A stretch of 64,000 nucleotides of DNA from Octopus sinensis (taxonomy: Eukaryota): NCBI RefSeq assembly GCF_006345805.1, contig NC_043000.1, positions 115,816,001-115,880,000 on the forward strand. The letters run 5' to 3'. The notes below the pieces were generated by a model, which saw nothing but the letters and a program-made list of their open reading frames with translations, searched no databases and was not told the DNA's origin. Shown here in pieces: positions 26,976 to 40,629 of the stretch. Made by a program: the position numbers and the translations under genes. The first letter of the stretch is position 1; each line of letters starts with the position of its first letter.

Positions 26976-27692
26976 TCTGTGTGTGTATTTGTTTGTGCTC
27001 CTTATCAGACTTCAAAAAAGTAAGTACTGGGGTCAATTTGTTCAGCTAACTCCCGGAAGGTGGACCCTTAGCATGGCCGCCATCCCGTGATTGAAACAAG
27101 AAAAAAAGTAAATAATTTTCGTTGTAGTCTATGTATTTCTGATATATACTATACACCGTTTAATTTTTGCTGTATGTTTGCAGCACAGAACAATGACTTT
27201 ATTGGAGTACCAGAGAATAATAGTTGTACAATGGCTGATAGTATGGTAAGGCATAGAATAAATATTCGATTAGTTGATGGATAATAGCTATTAGTTCTTG
27301 TGAAAGATAAAGATAATATGATAAATAACAAAGAAGTGGAGTTAAGTACAAGCATTCTTACGTTAGGAGGACTTAGATCGATATCATTCAACTGTATTCT
27401 ATGTAGTATGAATGCCGAGACAAGAAATAATTACTAGATCAAGACACACACACACCACACAATATATATATATATACACATAAATACATATATGTATATA
27501 TGTGTGTGTGTGTACACACACATTGATACATGCACGCGCACACTCAAATGCATACACATGCTAACATGCATATATATATATATATATACATAAATACATA
27601 TGTGTATATATGTGTGTGTGTACACACACATTGATACATACACGCGCACACTCAAATGCATACACATGGTAACATGCATATATATATATAAT

Positions 27693-27726
<34 letters not shown>

Positions 27727-27790
27727 ATAAAACTTTCTATCTACATCTGTTCAAAATAAACATATATGCATATCTATCTATCTATCTATC

Positions 27791-27864
<74 letters not shown>

Positions 27865-27942
27865 ATATCTATCTATCTATCTATCTATCTATCTACCTTT
27901 CTCTCTCTCAGTATATATATGTTTATATATTTATAAATACGC

Positions 27943-27975
<33 letters not shown>

Positions 27976-28559
27976 TTTTCTTTTTATTATGGTGTTTCGG
28001 AACAAATTAGGAGATTATTATGTCGACAGGGAAATTAAAATAGAATGGCAGCCATTAAAATATATGTTTACACACGTGTCACATGCGTAGATGTTTGCGC
28101 ACGCGTGTTTGCACACGCGTGTTTGCACATTTTACAAACACCCAGTCACATGTATGAATGTGTGCGTGTTTGTGTATGTACAGTTGTATGCGTTTGGGTC
28201 AAGTTATTGCGAGGGAAAAGATATTTATTTATATTTCAACTTTGATCGATAATCGTATTGCTTAGTGGCAAATGTACTATTCTGAATCGATTTCTCGTGA
28301 GAGTTTTGCTTTTATGAATTAAACAGGACACCGTCCCGAATATCTCTAAACTCTAACTGCCCTCAACCTCACATATTACCAGAATATCAGCTCAATGAAT
28401 AGTCCTCGTTTTTCAATTGTTATACTTCATATTTTTATTGTATTTCTTCCACTCTATAAGACTGAAAGTATTCCAGTTTCATTGATTGGAAGTCTCCATT
28501 GCTGTCTTTAAGAATAAATTGGATATCGCTTTTTTTTTTTTGATACTAATACTAAAGAA

Positions 28560-29180
28560 AGGCGGCGAGCTGGCAGAAGCGTTAGCACGCCGGGTGAAAT
28601 GCTTAGCGGTGTTTCGTCTGCCGCTACGTTCTGAGTTCAAATTCCGCCAAAGTCGACTTTACTTTTCATCATTTCGGGGTCAATAAATTAAGTACCAGTT
28701 ACGCACTGGGGTCGATATAATTGACTTAATCCGTTTGTCTGTCCTTGTTTGGCCCCTCTATGTTTAGCCCCTTGTGGGCAGTAAAGAAATAGTATTCCGT
28801 CTGCCACTATGTTCTGAGTTCAAATTCTGCCGGGGTCGAGTAAATAAGTACCAGTTACGCATTGGGGTCGATATAATCAACTTAATCCATTTGTCTCTCC
28901 TTGTTTGCCCCTTCTGTGTTTAGCCCCTTGCGGGTAGTAAAGAAATAGGTATTTCGTCCGTCGTTACGTTCTGAGTTCAAATTCCGCCGACGTCGACTTT
29001 GCCTTTCATCCTTTCCGGGTCGATTAAATAAGTACCAGTTACGCACTGGGGTCGATGTAATCGACTTAATCCGTTTGACTGTCCTTGTTTGTCCCTTCTG
29101 AGTTTAGCCCCTTGTGGGTAGTAAAGAAATAGGCATTTCGTCTGCCGTTCCGTTCTGAGTTCAAATTCCGCCGAGATCGA
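28560..29180 (+). mobile_element. SINE family 2 tandem array
   Basis: One head and about 3 body repeats. Confidence 0.85.
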
Positions 29181-29209
29181 ATAACTGAAAGAAGCCCGAC
29201 GTATATTCA

Positions 29210-29240
<31 letters not shown>

Positions 29241-29449
29241 GTATATGTATATGCTCGTGTGTCGATGTTTGATGTTGATGTATTTACGTCCCCGTAACTT
29301 AGCGGTTCGGCAAAGACACCGATAGAATAACTACTAGGCTTACAAGAATAGGTCCTGGGGTCGATTTCCTCGACTAAACGCGGTGCTCCAGCATGGTCGC
29401 TATCAAATGACTGAAGCAAATAAAAGAATAAAAGAAAACACATATGCAT

Positions 29450-29945
29450 AAAACTTTCCAGAAGTTTACCACTTAAATATATATGAGGATGTCTAGATAT
29501 GCAACTATACGCAGGAGAAATTTGCAAAACATGCAAATCTGCACATACACATACATACATCTGCAGTTACTCTATATAGGTTACAATATCAGGTTTATAC
29601 CTATAAGTATTGGGGCCCTGAGATATGTAACACACTACCTAAATATCAATCTCGAGAAACTAGGCTTCTCGAGACTAGAAAAGAGGAAGCTGATTCGAAG
29701 ACTACAGATCCAAGCTATCACTGGAATCGTGAAAATCTGTAAAACTTTCCAGAGATTTATCAGTTAAATATATATAAGCATGTCTAGATATGTAACTATA
29801 TGCATGAGAATACATAAACAAAGCAAAACATACAAATCTCTCTATATATACACATACATACAAACAAAAATTGATGATGAACCTGGGATCTAGGTTAGAA
29901 ACCTACTCCTTATCGGGAAGAAATCTTGAAATAAAGCTGAATAAT
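29450..29945 (+). mobile_element. RLE-type LINE 3' end, same family as 18540-18950, with partial duplication
   Basis: LQLLY..Y...FIPISIGAL..LEKLGF..LIRRLQIQAITG.VKICKTF; (CATA)n flanks. Confidence 0.65.
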
Positions 29946-29996
29946 TACATACATACATACATTTGTATATATAATATATATATGTATATATATATA

Positions 29997-30048
<52 letters not shown>

Positions 30049-30537
30049 GTAGGCGTGTGTGTGTGTACACGTGTGTGTGAGATAAAGGAAATATAGAATG
30101 ATATATTGATACAAAGTGAGATTATCTCAAAAGCATAGCACAGCGAAAAAATATGTTGGAAATATTTGAGCTCGTGTGGGAGTATTTGAGATGCTGTGAT
30201 AATGAGGGAAAAGAAAGAGAAAATAGTGCAAGAGAAATGTAAAGATGCTCTACATATGTCCGTGTGTCCTAGTTTAGCAAAGAAAGGTGGATTACATTTC
30301 CGAAAATTTACTGAAGATCATTAAAAAAAAAAAAAAACTAAAGAATTGTAACAATATTTGAAAGAGTGATTTTGTATTAAAAAGGAAAAAAAAAAAGCGA
30401 AAAAACCTGACGTTATAATATTAAAATAAAGCAGTTAAAAGAAAACGTAAAAATCACAAATACCTTCTGAATGTTAACGAGATGACTAACACGTGTAGCG
30501 AGTACAGATATGAAGCGTGTCGTACAAGTTTGTTAAA

Positions 30538-30602
<65 letters not shown>

Positions 30603-31082
30603 ACAATAATAATAGTAATATCAATAATAACAACAACAATAATAATAATAACAATAATAATAATAGTAACTATAACAACAGCAGCAACAACAATAATGAC
30701 AATAATAATGATAATAATAATAATAATACAACGACAACAATAATAACAATAATAATAATAATAATAATAATAACAGCAGCAGCAGCAACAACAATAGTAA
30801 CAATAATAATAATAGTAATAATAATAACAGCAGCAGCAGTAAAAACAACAACAACAACAACAGCAATAATAATAGTAATAATAACAACAGCAACAATAAT
30901 AATAATAGTAATAATAACAACAGCAACAACAATAATAATAATAATAACAGCAACAACAACAACAATAATAATAATAGTAATAATAACAACAGCAACAACA
31001 ACAATAATAATAATAATAACAGCAACAACAACAGTAATAATAATAACAACAGTAATTATAATAACAACAGTAATAATAATAA
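30538..31082. repeat. (ACT)n/(AAT)n/(AAC)n trinucleotide tract
   Basis: Directly visible. Confidence 0.95.
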
Positions 31083-31311
31083 AAACGTCTTCCATACTGT
31101 CTACAGTTAGAATGTAGGTAAAATTCAAAAGCTTTTTCTTCCGCATAATTATTGAATTGAAACATTTTCCCTGCAACACTTTCTGACAATATGATTAATC
31201 AATCGTTTCCGAAATGATAATAAAATGATAATCTTTCAACTATTTCTCAGTTTCCAGAGTTTTGGAACAACTTAATTGTTTTCGTAGTTTTCGTTCTTGA
31301 ATTCCATAATA

Positions 31312-31352
<41 letters not shown>

Positions 31353-31849
31353 GCCCTGATGCAGTACCAGGCAGTGGCTCTCATGGCTTCTGATCTTAAC
31401 TGATTGGAAGTGTTATCATGTACATTGTTTTGTCTTGGTATAAAAGATGGGCTACAGCAAATATTCTGCTCAAAACCACAGATTTGCTTGTCAGTTGTTT
31501 GACCTTAACCAGTTGACCATGTCCCTTAGTGGCTGACAATATGTGTATTTCTGATCATGAGCAGAAGTAGTGGGGGAGCATCATAGCCATGTGTTGAGAG
31601 GGATTCTTTGGGGTTTGAATGATTCACTTCTGGAAACATGGGTGTTTCATTCAACATCCTTAAACAACCTTTATTCAAGGACCTTTTGAGCGGGATGGGT
31701 TACTCGACCAGAAGAAAATTCTAACTGGGCCCCACCTGCAAGGTCATGTGCTGTTCTTGACATTTGTGTTTTATAATATTTGGCGTAAAATTACCATTCA
31801 TGGACGAATTTTCGGATCTGATGGTTTTACAGTTGCTTTTTTATATATT

Positions 31850-32200
31850 ACCTTTTATTGGTTTCAATATGCGGCCATGCTGGGGCACCGCCTTGAAGAA
31901 TTTTTAATCGAATGAATCGATTCCAGTACTTTTTTTTTTAGAAAGGCTGGTACTTATTGTACCGCTAAGTTACGGCGATGTAAACACACCAGCACCGGTT
32001 GTCCAGCGGTGGTGGTAGACACACACGGACACAAATGTAGACAGACACACGAACACACACACACATGACGGGCTTCTTTCCGTTTCCGTCTACTAAACTC
32101 ATAAGGCTTTCGCTGACCCGAGGCTGTAGCAGATGACACTTGCTAAGGTGCCACACAGTGGAATTGAACCATGTGCTTGGGAAACAAATTTCTTAACACA
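31850..32200 (-). mobile_element. CORE-like SINE, diverged
   Basis: Homology to 47640-48036. Confidence 0.7.
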
Positions 32201-32564
32201 ACCACACTCACACACATACACACACGCGTGCGTGCACGCATCCTTCACACGAGTACAAAGCGTATGTTATTCCTATCATGAGCACTGAAAGTCTCATTGA
32301 ATTCGCCATCGTTCGATTAAATTTTGCAAATTCTGAACAATAACGTCCGTTAATTCACCTGTAGGATTTCGTTCCACTGTGTTCAGCGCTTTTATGGACA
32401 TACAATGCATCTTCTTAAATAGCATATCTCTTCAACATAAAACATGGTACATAACATGCTATATGTGATATAACATATCTCTTTCAATTCCGGAATGCAA
32501 ATATTCATTCATAATTTTGCCTTCCATTTGACATTCAACGTTGATGAACCTATTTAAAAATTCA

Positions 32565-32830
32565 TAGAAATGTCCTCTGGAAAATTGGCATAAGTTGTTT
32601 TGCGTAGCAAAGGGCTTACATTCAGGAAGATATCAACTCAACTAAACAAACCTGTTGATGCTGACCAAAAGTATTTGTCTCAATATCGTCAAACGGTTGG
32701 ATATAAGTCCTTTAGTAGATGGAGCAGACCTGGCACAGCGGTTACATTGCCGTTTGTTTCTGTCAATGCCATGGAAATCACAGTTGCAAATAAAAGTAAG
32801 ATTCATTACTGTGACAATAAGACGTCAATT
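32565..32830 (+). pseudogene. Tc1 transposase N-terminal HTH remnant
   Basis: LRSKGLTFRKISTQLNKP...SRP resembles the Tc1 paired-like HTH and GRP motif. Confidence 0.45.
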
Positions 32831-33120
32831 CCTTAAATCCTTAAAAGTGTTTCAGCCCGAAAGCTGCGGCCATGCTGGGGCACCACCGCTGACTGTGCTA
32901 CACTAGTATGTGAAACCACCTCTGATACATGGCACTTGGTCAACAAGGGAGTTCGACGCCGCTGCCCGCATCTGTGTTTCCTGCCGAGAGGAACCCCTGA
33001 CAAGAAGAGATCCAGTTTAGTTTTAAAGAAACCCACATCCACACCATGCAGGTCTCTCAGGCATTTAGGAATGATATTGAAGAGCTGTGGTCCCCTTAAA
33101 CCCAAGCTGTTGAAACACTT
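32828..33120 (-). mobile_element. CR1/L2-type LINE 3' end fragment
   Basis: [27 protein letters not shown]..; tail ttttaagga-tttaagga. Confidence 0.78.
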
Positions 33121-34212
33121 TAATTCATTTTGAACGAATAAGATCAAGATTGCTATTGAAGATAATTTAAGATCATTTGTAATTTTATAGGGATGATGAA
33201 AATTGGATTAATGAGGAATGATTTAAAGACGTTGAGTAATGAAATATCTATTAAACAATTAATAGCCTGAGTCCCTTTCGTTCGACGTCCATTAGACTCA
33301 AGATAGAACCTCATGTAACAAATGAGGTCCTTCCATTATAATCTGGGGGCGGACCGTTTCTACAGAGGGAGGAAATGGTATTCGGATAATGTTTCACGGC
33401 ATAGACGAACGATAGTGTTATTTAGATGTCGTTGGACTACGGCCAAGCTGGGGCACTGTCCATGGATGGTTTAGGGAAATCAATCGGCCAAAGTGCTTAT
33501 TTTTGTTTTAAAGTTGGATACTTATCTTAATTTTGATATTTTAGTTTGATACTTATCGTTCTCTTTTGCCGAACCGCTAAGTTACCGGACGTTAACGAAC
33601 CGACACCGGTCGTCAATCGGTGGCGGCGATAAACACAAATATAAATACACACACTCACACGCACACAAACACGCGCACATATATATGCACACACACATAT
33701 ATGCACACATACACATATATATATATGCACACACACACACACTCACATATATATACACACACACAGACGCACGCAAACACACACACGCGTTCGCGCGCGC
33801 ACACACACACACACGACTGTATTCCACACAGTTTAGGCTACTAAATTCCCTTACGAAGCATTGGTCGCCAGTCGCTATATCAGAACATACTTGCCTAAGG
33901 TGCAGGATAGTGGAACTGAACTCGAAACCTCATGGCTACAAGACGAGTTTTGCTTCATTGAAGCAGATATATATCATATTTAGTACGAAGCAGTAATATA
34001 TCTTTTCTGGATATTTTGTTTTCCTTTTTTTGCTTCACCTAACTGTCTGTATGTTTTGCGTTCTTGCCCCATTTTGTATTATAAAATCCATTCACAAGGC
34101 TTTGATCGACCGGAGGGTATAGTAGAAGGCACCTACCCAAGTTGCCACGCAGTGGGACTGAACCCAGAACCATGTGGCTGGTTAGCAAGCTACTTGCCAC
34201 CCAGCCACCCAG

Positions 34213-34263
34213 CGCGTACATACATACATGCATACATACATACTACATACATACATACATACA

Positions 34264-34299
<36 letters not shown>

Positions 34300-34390
34300 T
34301 ATATGTATATATATATGTATATATATATGTATATGTACATATATATATATGTATATATATATGTATATGTACATATATATATATGTATAT

Positions 34391-34423
<33 letters not shown>

Positions 34424-34728
34424 ATATATATGTATAGTATATGTATATATATATGTATATATATATGTATATATATATGTATATTGTATATATATGTATA
34501 TGTATATGTATATATGTATATATATATGTATATATATATATGTAATATATATATATGTATATAATATGTATATGTATATATATATGTATAGTATATATAT
34601 ATATATTATATGTATATATATATGTATATGTATATGTATATATGTATGTATATATGTATGTATATGTATATATATATATGTATATGTATATATATATGTA
34701 TATGTACATGTATATGTATATATATATA
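34213..34728. repeat. (CATA)/(TA)/(TATG) microsatellite
   Basis: Directly visible. Confidence 0.95.
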
Positions 34729-35908
34729 CAAACGTCTATCAAATCTACTCATAAGGCTTTGGTCGGCACGAGGCCATATTAGAAGGCACTTGGCCAATGT
34801 GCCACGCAGTGGAACCGAACCATGTGTTTGTGAGGGAAGCAAATCTTCCTAGAATACAACCATTTTTTAAAGCTATTTACAGGTCTTCTCCCTGCTCCCT
34901 TATAAAACATCCTTTCTTTTCCTTTACTCCATGAATCACTTTATTAAACCGTAATAACATCAGTGTAGTCCGAGTTTTGGTTAGAATTGTACGAAGAGAA
35001 AACGTGTTTGACTACAATGTTTAGGAAATCGATAGTCGAAATTTTATTCATGGTGTTGCGCTTACCAATTCCTTTATTACGAAGTGAAGACAATGCCATT
35101 ATCGCAATCCAATATTCGTGTGAAAAGTAATACATTTCTCTTTAATGACCTATATGAACTCACCGACTAACCAACAAGTCACACGCATTTACTTATAAGG
35201 TTAACGTGTTTATGTTTGAAGGTTCATGGCGTAGTGGTTAGCGTGTTCGGCTGGCGATGATAAAGTCGTGAGTTCGATTATGTGTGTATATACATAATAT
35301 TCGGTTGATATATGTTTATCGACGTTTTTTTTAACATTCTGAATTTTAAATAAAACTGTTATAAATTAAATTATATAACGGTCGTTAATTATGAACAACC
35401 CAATATTGTATGTATCATACATATGTATATGTAATAATAAGTATAATGCATGCTATACTACATATATATATATATATATATATATACATATCTTTAAAGT
35501 ATTATATATATAAACATTATACATACATATATGTGTGTAAATATATATGTACATGCGCGCACACACACATACTAACGTAAAAAAATAGATGTGCCCTTTC
35601 AAAGCCTAGCCAAGCTCATGGGCCCGGTTTCCCGTTTTAAAATGGTGTACGTGTTCCCCAGCTGGACGGACGGCAGTCCATCGCAGCGTTAATAACTTTT
35701 GCCAGCTGAGTGGACTGCTCAAGAACACAACGCGTCTCCCGGTCCAGGAATCGAAACCACAATCTTACGATCATGATGCTGACAGCCTAACCACTAAGCC
35801 ACGCTCCTCCACACACATATACGTACACACACACACATATATATATAACTTTATATATATATATATATAATATATATATATATATATAATATATATATAT
35901 ATAACTTG

Positions 35909-35963
<55 letters not shown>

Positions 35964-36423
35964 AAACTTTATATATATATATGTACATACACGCGCTCGC
36001 ACACACACAGATATATTTCCCCACCTTCATTATTGATGTATGTATGATACAATTTACATATTACAAGATATGCAAATTTAAGCCTAATCTTATCGTATAC
36101 AATCTCGCCTCTTTCCCTTTTATCTGTCATGTATATCAGCTGCTGTCTGTTCAACCATTTCAATTATCGACAAAACCACATTACAAATGATTTATAATAG
36201 AGTTAAACCCTATCTAATCTCATAGCAAATCTCATCTCGTCTAGTCTTATCCTCCTTGTATATAATTATTCCGGACAATTTGGTGGACTATGCTGCTATC
36301 AAAAAGCCGTTACCATCCTGATTTATTCCTTTCCGCCGTATTTAGGTTGAAAATGGTTATATGTTGACACTAGCCAAAGGTAAATTCAACATACATACTT
36401 GCATACATATGCGTGTGAATGTG

Positions 36424-36454
<31 letters not shown>

Positions 36455-36544
36455 TATTTGTTCCTTCATGAGCCAAGCCTGCCTCATAAGGGTCGGTTTC
36501 CTGGTTTGCTCCACTGTATATACATACATTCATATATATATATT

Positions 36545-36597
<53 letters not shown>

Positions 36598-36602
36598 CAT
36601 AC

Positions 36603-36805
36603 ATAGGTTGAAAATTTGCAAAAGCAACAAAAGACGAACACGGGTGTGTAAACAACAAACAGATGAATTAGTTTAACACTCGGGAAGTGAGAAAGTCTCT
36701 TATGTTTCGAGCCTACGCACTTCGATAGAAAGGAACACAGAAATAAAAAACAGGGAGAGAAAATAAAAAAAAGGCTTGGTGGCATTGATCTATCATGGCG
36801 AATGA
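36603..36805 (-). mobile_element. Solo pLTR fragment of the 24570-24797 family (another at 58060-58250, +)
   Basis: Shared gcgtaggctc-gaaac hairpin and flanks. Confidence 0.65.
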
Positions 36806-37782
36806 CGGACAGAGGTGTTACACAGGAGAGCTACGAAGAAGGGGAGATAATAAAGTTGTGGTGATCCCAAAATGAAGGTGCGCGTCCGTGTGTATGTACG
36901 TGTGGAAGGGGGTTGGTGACTTCGACGTGTATATATATTACATGTGTGTATGTGTGTGTGTGTGCGCGTGTGCATGTGTGTGCCTGTGCGTTGTGCCTGT
37001 GTTATCCCACACCACCGCTGGCTAACCCTATGGTTACGTCCCCGTAACTTAGCTATTAGAGCATAACAGATTAAGCATCAGGCTAAAAACATAAGTAATG
37101 GAGTCGTTTCGTTCAACTAAAATGATTCAAGGTGCTGCCCCAACATGGCCGCAGTCTAATGACTGAAACAAATGATAGATTGAAAAAAAAAAAGAACTGC
37201 CCAGTTTGAACACATTCACATATATTGTTTGCTAGCGTTTAAGACGCACTCTCATATAAGACGCACCTCTATTTTACAGATATATATTGTGGAACAAATC
37301 TACTTTAGAATGTTTTATCTCAAATCTTGAAACACATTTTAAAGTGGTTTTATATGGGAAAAAATTATGATTCTTTGACAAGATACTGTAATGAATTATG
37401 AGACCATATAATCTACGCTATGTGATTATGGTATCGTTTTTCAGATCAACTGTATAGTTTAGATATTGATCTTGAGAATTACTTTACAGGATGCAAATCT
37501 TGCATTTTTGGCTATGGTTCTTTGTGCAACCGCGATCGACCACCTCGGAACAGAAACGAACGTATTTAAGCATCACAATGTACGAGTACGCCATAAAATA
37601 TTCTGCGGTGTTCCAATTCCGCAGAGATTGATTATACCTGAGCGCTATAAAATATGTGGCAATAGAGTACCTCATTACCATCATCCATTGGACATAATTG
37701 TTTTCGAGGCCTAGGACTCATTAGGCTGGTACCCGGCTTCCATGTCGTATAAGTTTCCGAAATCACAACAACCAAGACCCAC

Positions 37783-38041
37783 GGGCATATGGCGTAGTGG
37801 TTAAGAGCGCGGGCTACTAACCCCAAGATTTCGAGTTCGATTCTAGGCATTGACCTAAATAATAATACTAAAAATAATAACAACAACAATAACATCGAAA
37901 AATACCTTAGGAATGAGAACCTAGGTTCGAAATTTCCCCAAGACACCTGATGAAGGCTGGAGGGTATATCAGCCGAAATGTTGTGTTAACAACAAACAAG
38001 ATGAGGACAAATATCCGTCAAATGTAAATAATGTAAATAAT
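37783..38041 (+). mobile_element. tRNA-headed SINE with (AAT)n linker and hammerhead-containing tail
   Basis: A box tggcgtagtgg, B box gagttcgattc, HHR at 37942-37987, tail (aatgtaaat)n. Confidence 0.8.
37942..37987 (+). ncRNA. Minimal hammerhead ribozyme in SINE tail
   Basis: gacac-CTGATGA-a-ggctg..cagcc-GAAA-tg-TT-gtgtt. Confidence 0.7.
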
Positions 38042-38999
38042 GAACCTCCACCCTGAATGGAACGACGCTCAGTCGTAGGGTTACTCATTTAGAGCTGTGT
38101 GAATCGGAGCAACATGAAATGAAGTGTTTTGCTCAAGATAACAATGAACCGCCCAGTTCGGGGATCGAAACCACGATCTTGCGTGCAGCACCTCTAACCA
38201 CTAAGTGACGGGGCTTCTGTGTGGAGTACTATGATAAATTAATTCACCCACACACTTCCCGAATATTCAAGGCTTAATGCTTAAAGTAGAAAGCATGATA
38301 TCCTACTAATATCCATTATAAACTGGACAAATATTTTCGTGGTGATCACATATTTTAGGGTTGCTTTAGTAATAAATCTGCGAAATGCATTTCAGAGACA
38401 TTAAGTACGTGCCTAAAATGGCGTTTTCCGTTAAGACTAGAATATCTACCCCAATTTCCTGGAGTAGAATTCATCTGAGAGGTTTAGACTCGGTTTCACT
38501 TTCTTCATTATACTGTATCTCTATTATTGTGAACGTTCACGAAATCAGGATATGTTGCAAAGAATTTTCATTTCAACTTATATCAGGTATTCTTTTCTGG
38601 GAAGAAAGAATACACTTTGGGCGGTCATTTTGTTTAAATGTTCAGCGTTTCTATTATGTAAGTAGCTGTTTGTTGAATTGAATAATGCTAGCCAACAAAA
38701 TATTAATCCATTATATAGTGTTACACCTACTAGAAGCAATGAATGATTACCTCTTTAGTTTCTATACAGTGTGATGGAAACTGCATCTGTCAGAGTCGAC
38801 GAAGAAGTAAGATGGCCGCAAGATAAGATAATGACGCCCTGCTAGAAATAGTAAACAGATGTTACTCAAAATCGTATACTACTACATTAAACAAAAATAG
38901 ATTTATAATATATTGGGCAAGCTAGTCTATGATAAGTAAAAAACGGGAATACCATTGCTGGAATACACGTACATATTAAATATATGTATGTGTGCATGT

Positions 39000-39570
39000 G
39001 TTTACTAAGCCCCTCACTAACGCAACGCCTCCTGCTAATTTAGGTACGGACCTGAATAATAATTGCTCCCCACAATACAACATGGACATACATACACCTA
39101 ATTATTTATGCGGCTGTAGGGATAGAATAAAGTGTCATTTCTCAAATAGATGTAAGACAAATAGCGTAGTTTGCCAATGTGACGTCCACACAAACAACCA
39201 GACGAAATCATACATAGGTGCAACAAAGAACCAAATGATTCTCAGATATAATACGCGTGTATCCAGCTTCAGAAATAGGAATAAGGCTAACTCAAGAGGG
39301 TTAAGTGTATATATTTGGGAACTTAAGGATAAAAAATAGATTTTAGCTTAAACTGGCGTATACTCACAAAAACAACCTCCTACAACACCGCCTCCTAACC
39401 TATGCATCTATCTATATTCGCATTCTGAAGAGATTTACTTAAACCAGTAAATCGAAACGATCGTAAATGCTACCCTCATCTCTGCTTCTTCCTTCTTTGT
39501 TATCTATTTAATTAAAGACATGTCAGCGTAAACCACGAGTTTCCCTTGTTATTATATCCATTTTCTTCTC

Positions 39571-39663
<93 letters not shown>

Positions 39664-39950
39664 GGGTATGAGTATGAGTAAGTATCCATGGGTATGAGTA
39701 AGTATCTCATTTATTTCTTTTGCGACATGTATCACTGACGAAGAGAGGGCTCTTAGTAGCTAACTCTGAAATCGGTCCGATATAGTAATAATGGAATTTT
39801 TTAGAAATTTCTGTCGACCTTTTTTCGAGTAGCGTGCGTATTATGAAAAAATTATATGGTTAATGGACAATATGTCCAATTTTTCGGCATATATGGCATT
39901 AGAAATTTTTTCCTTTGCCCTCATTTATGAATTGTTTATAAATTTAACCG
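39000..39950 (+). mobile_element. Degraded Naiad-type PLE 3' end (GIY-YIG EN + pLTR)
   Basis: CGCRDRIKCHFSNRC..VVCQCDV..SYIGAT..RY..SSF..GLSVYIWELKDK, followed by an HHR at 39730. Confidence 0.8.
39730..39782 (+). ncRNA. Hammerhead ribozyme (CTGACGA core)
   Basis: tatca-CTGACGA-agag..ctct-GAAA-tcgg-TC-cgata. Confidence 0.7.
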
Positions 39951-40019
39951 TTAAAGGTATTTTTTAATATGCTGGCCATTGATAAATATTTTTTTCGAAA
40001 AGAATTTTATCCTCACATT

Positions 40020-40070
<51 letters not shown>

Positions 40071-40378
40071 CTTATGCTTACTTCTGGCTTGCTTATGGTA
40101 GCCTATCAAAGGTGATGACAGCGTCGATCCAAGACATTCATCCTTCTCCACCTCCAGCACATTGTTTTTCAGAGGAGCGGACGTAACTGGCAAGGCCGAT
40201 ACGAGATCCCGTGACACTAAGGGCACTGAATGTGGCCCCGAAAAACAGCTGCAGGGGTGTGATGACGACGTTTTCTCTCTTCACGCATTCTCTTACGGTC
40301 GCTTTCAATATACATAATGCATGCATACATACATACATACATACATACATACATACATACATACATACATACATACAT

Positions 40379-40436
<58 letters not shown>

Positions 40437-40511
40437 TAGGGAGTATAACTCCAAACTTACAGGGAAAAATTCAATTTAGCATTAAATCAAATTTCTCAGT
40501 ATAAATATATA

Positions 40512-40572
40512 AAATATAAATTAGAGATAAAACCACTATCGGAGTTGCATAATAGTGGCTTTATCTCTTATT

Positions 40573-40578
<6 letters not shown>
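40512..40578. repeat. Small fold-back of a repeat end also present at 4805-4835
   Basis: aatataaattagagataaaaccacta..tagtggctttatctcttatttatatt. Confidence 0.6.

Positions 40579-40629
<51 letters not shown>

Noticed and set aside
30454-31189. Poly-T/N/I/L/C/Y ORFs
   Set aside because: Trinucleotide repeat open in most frames; no coding evidence.
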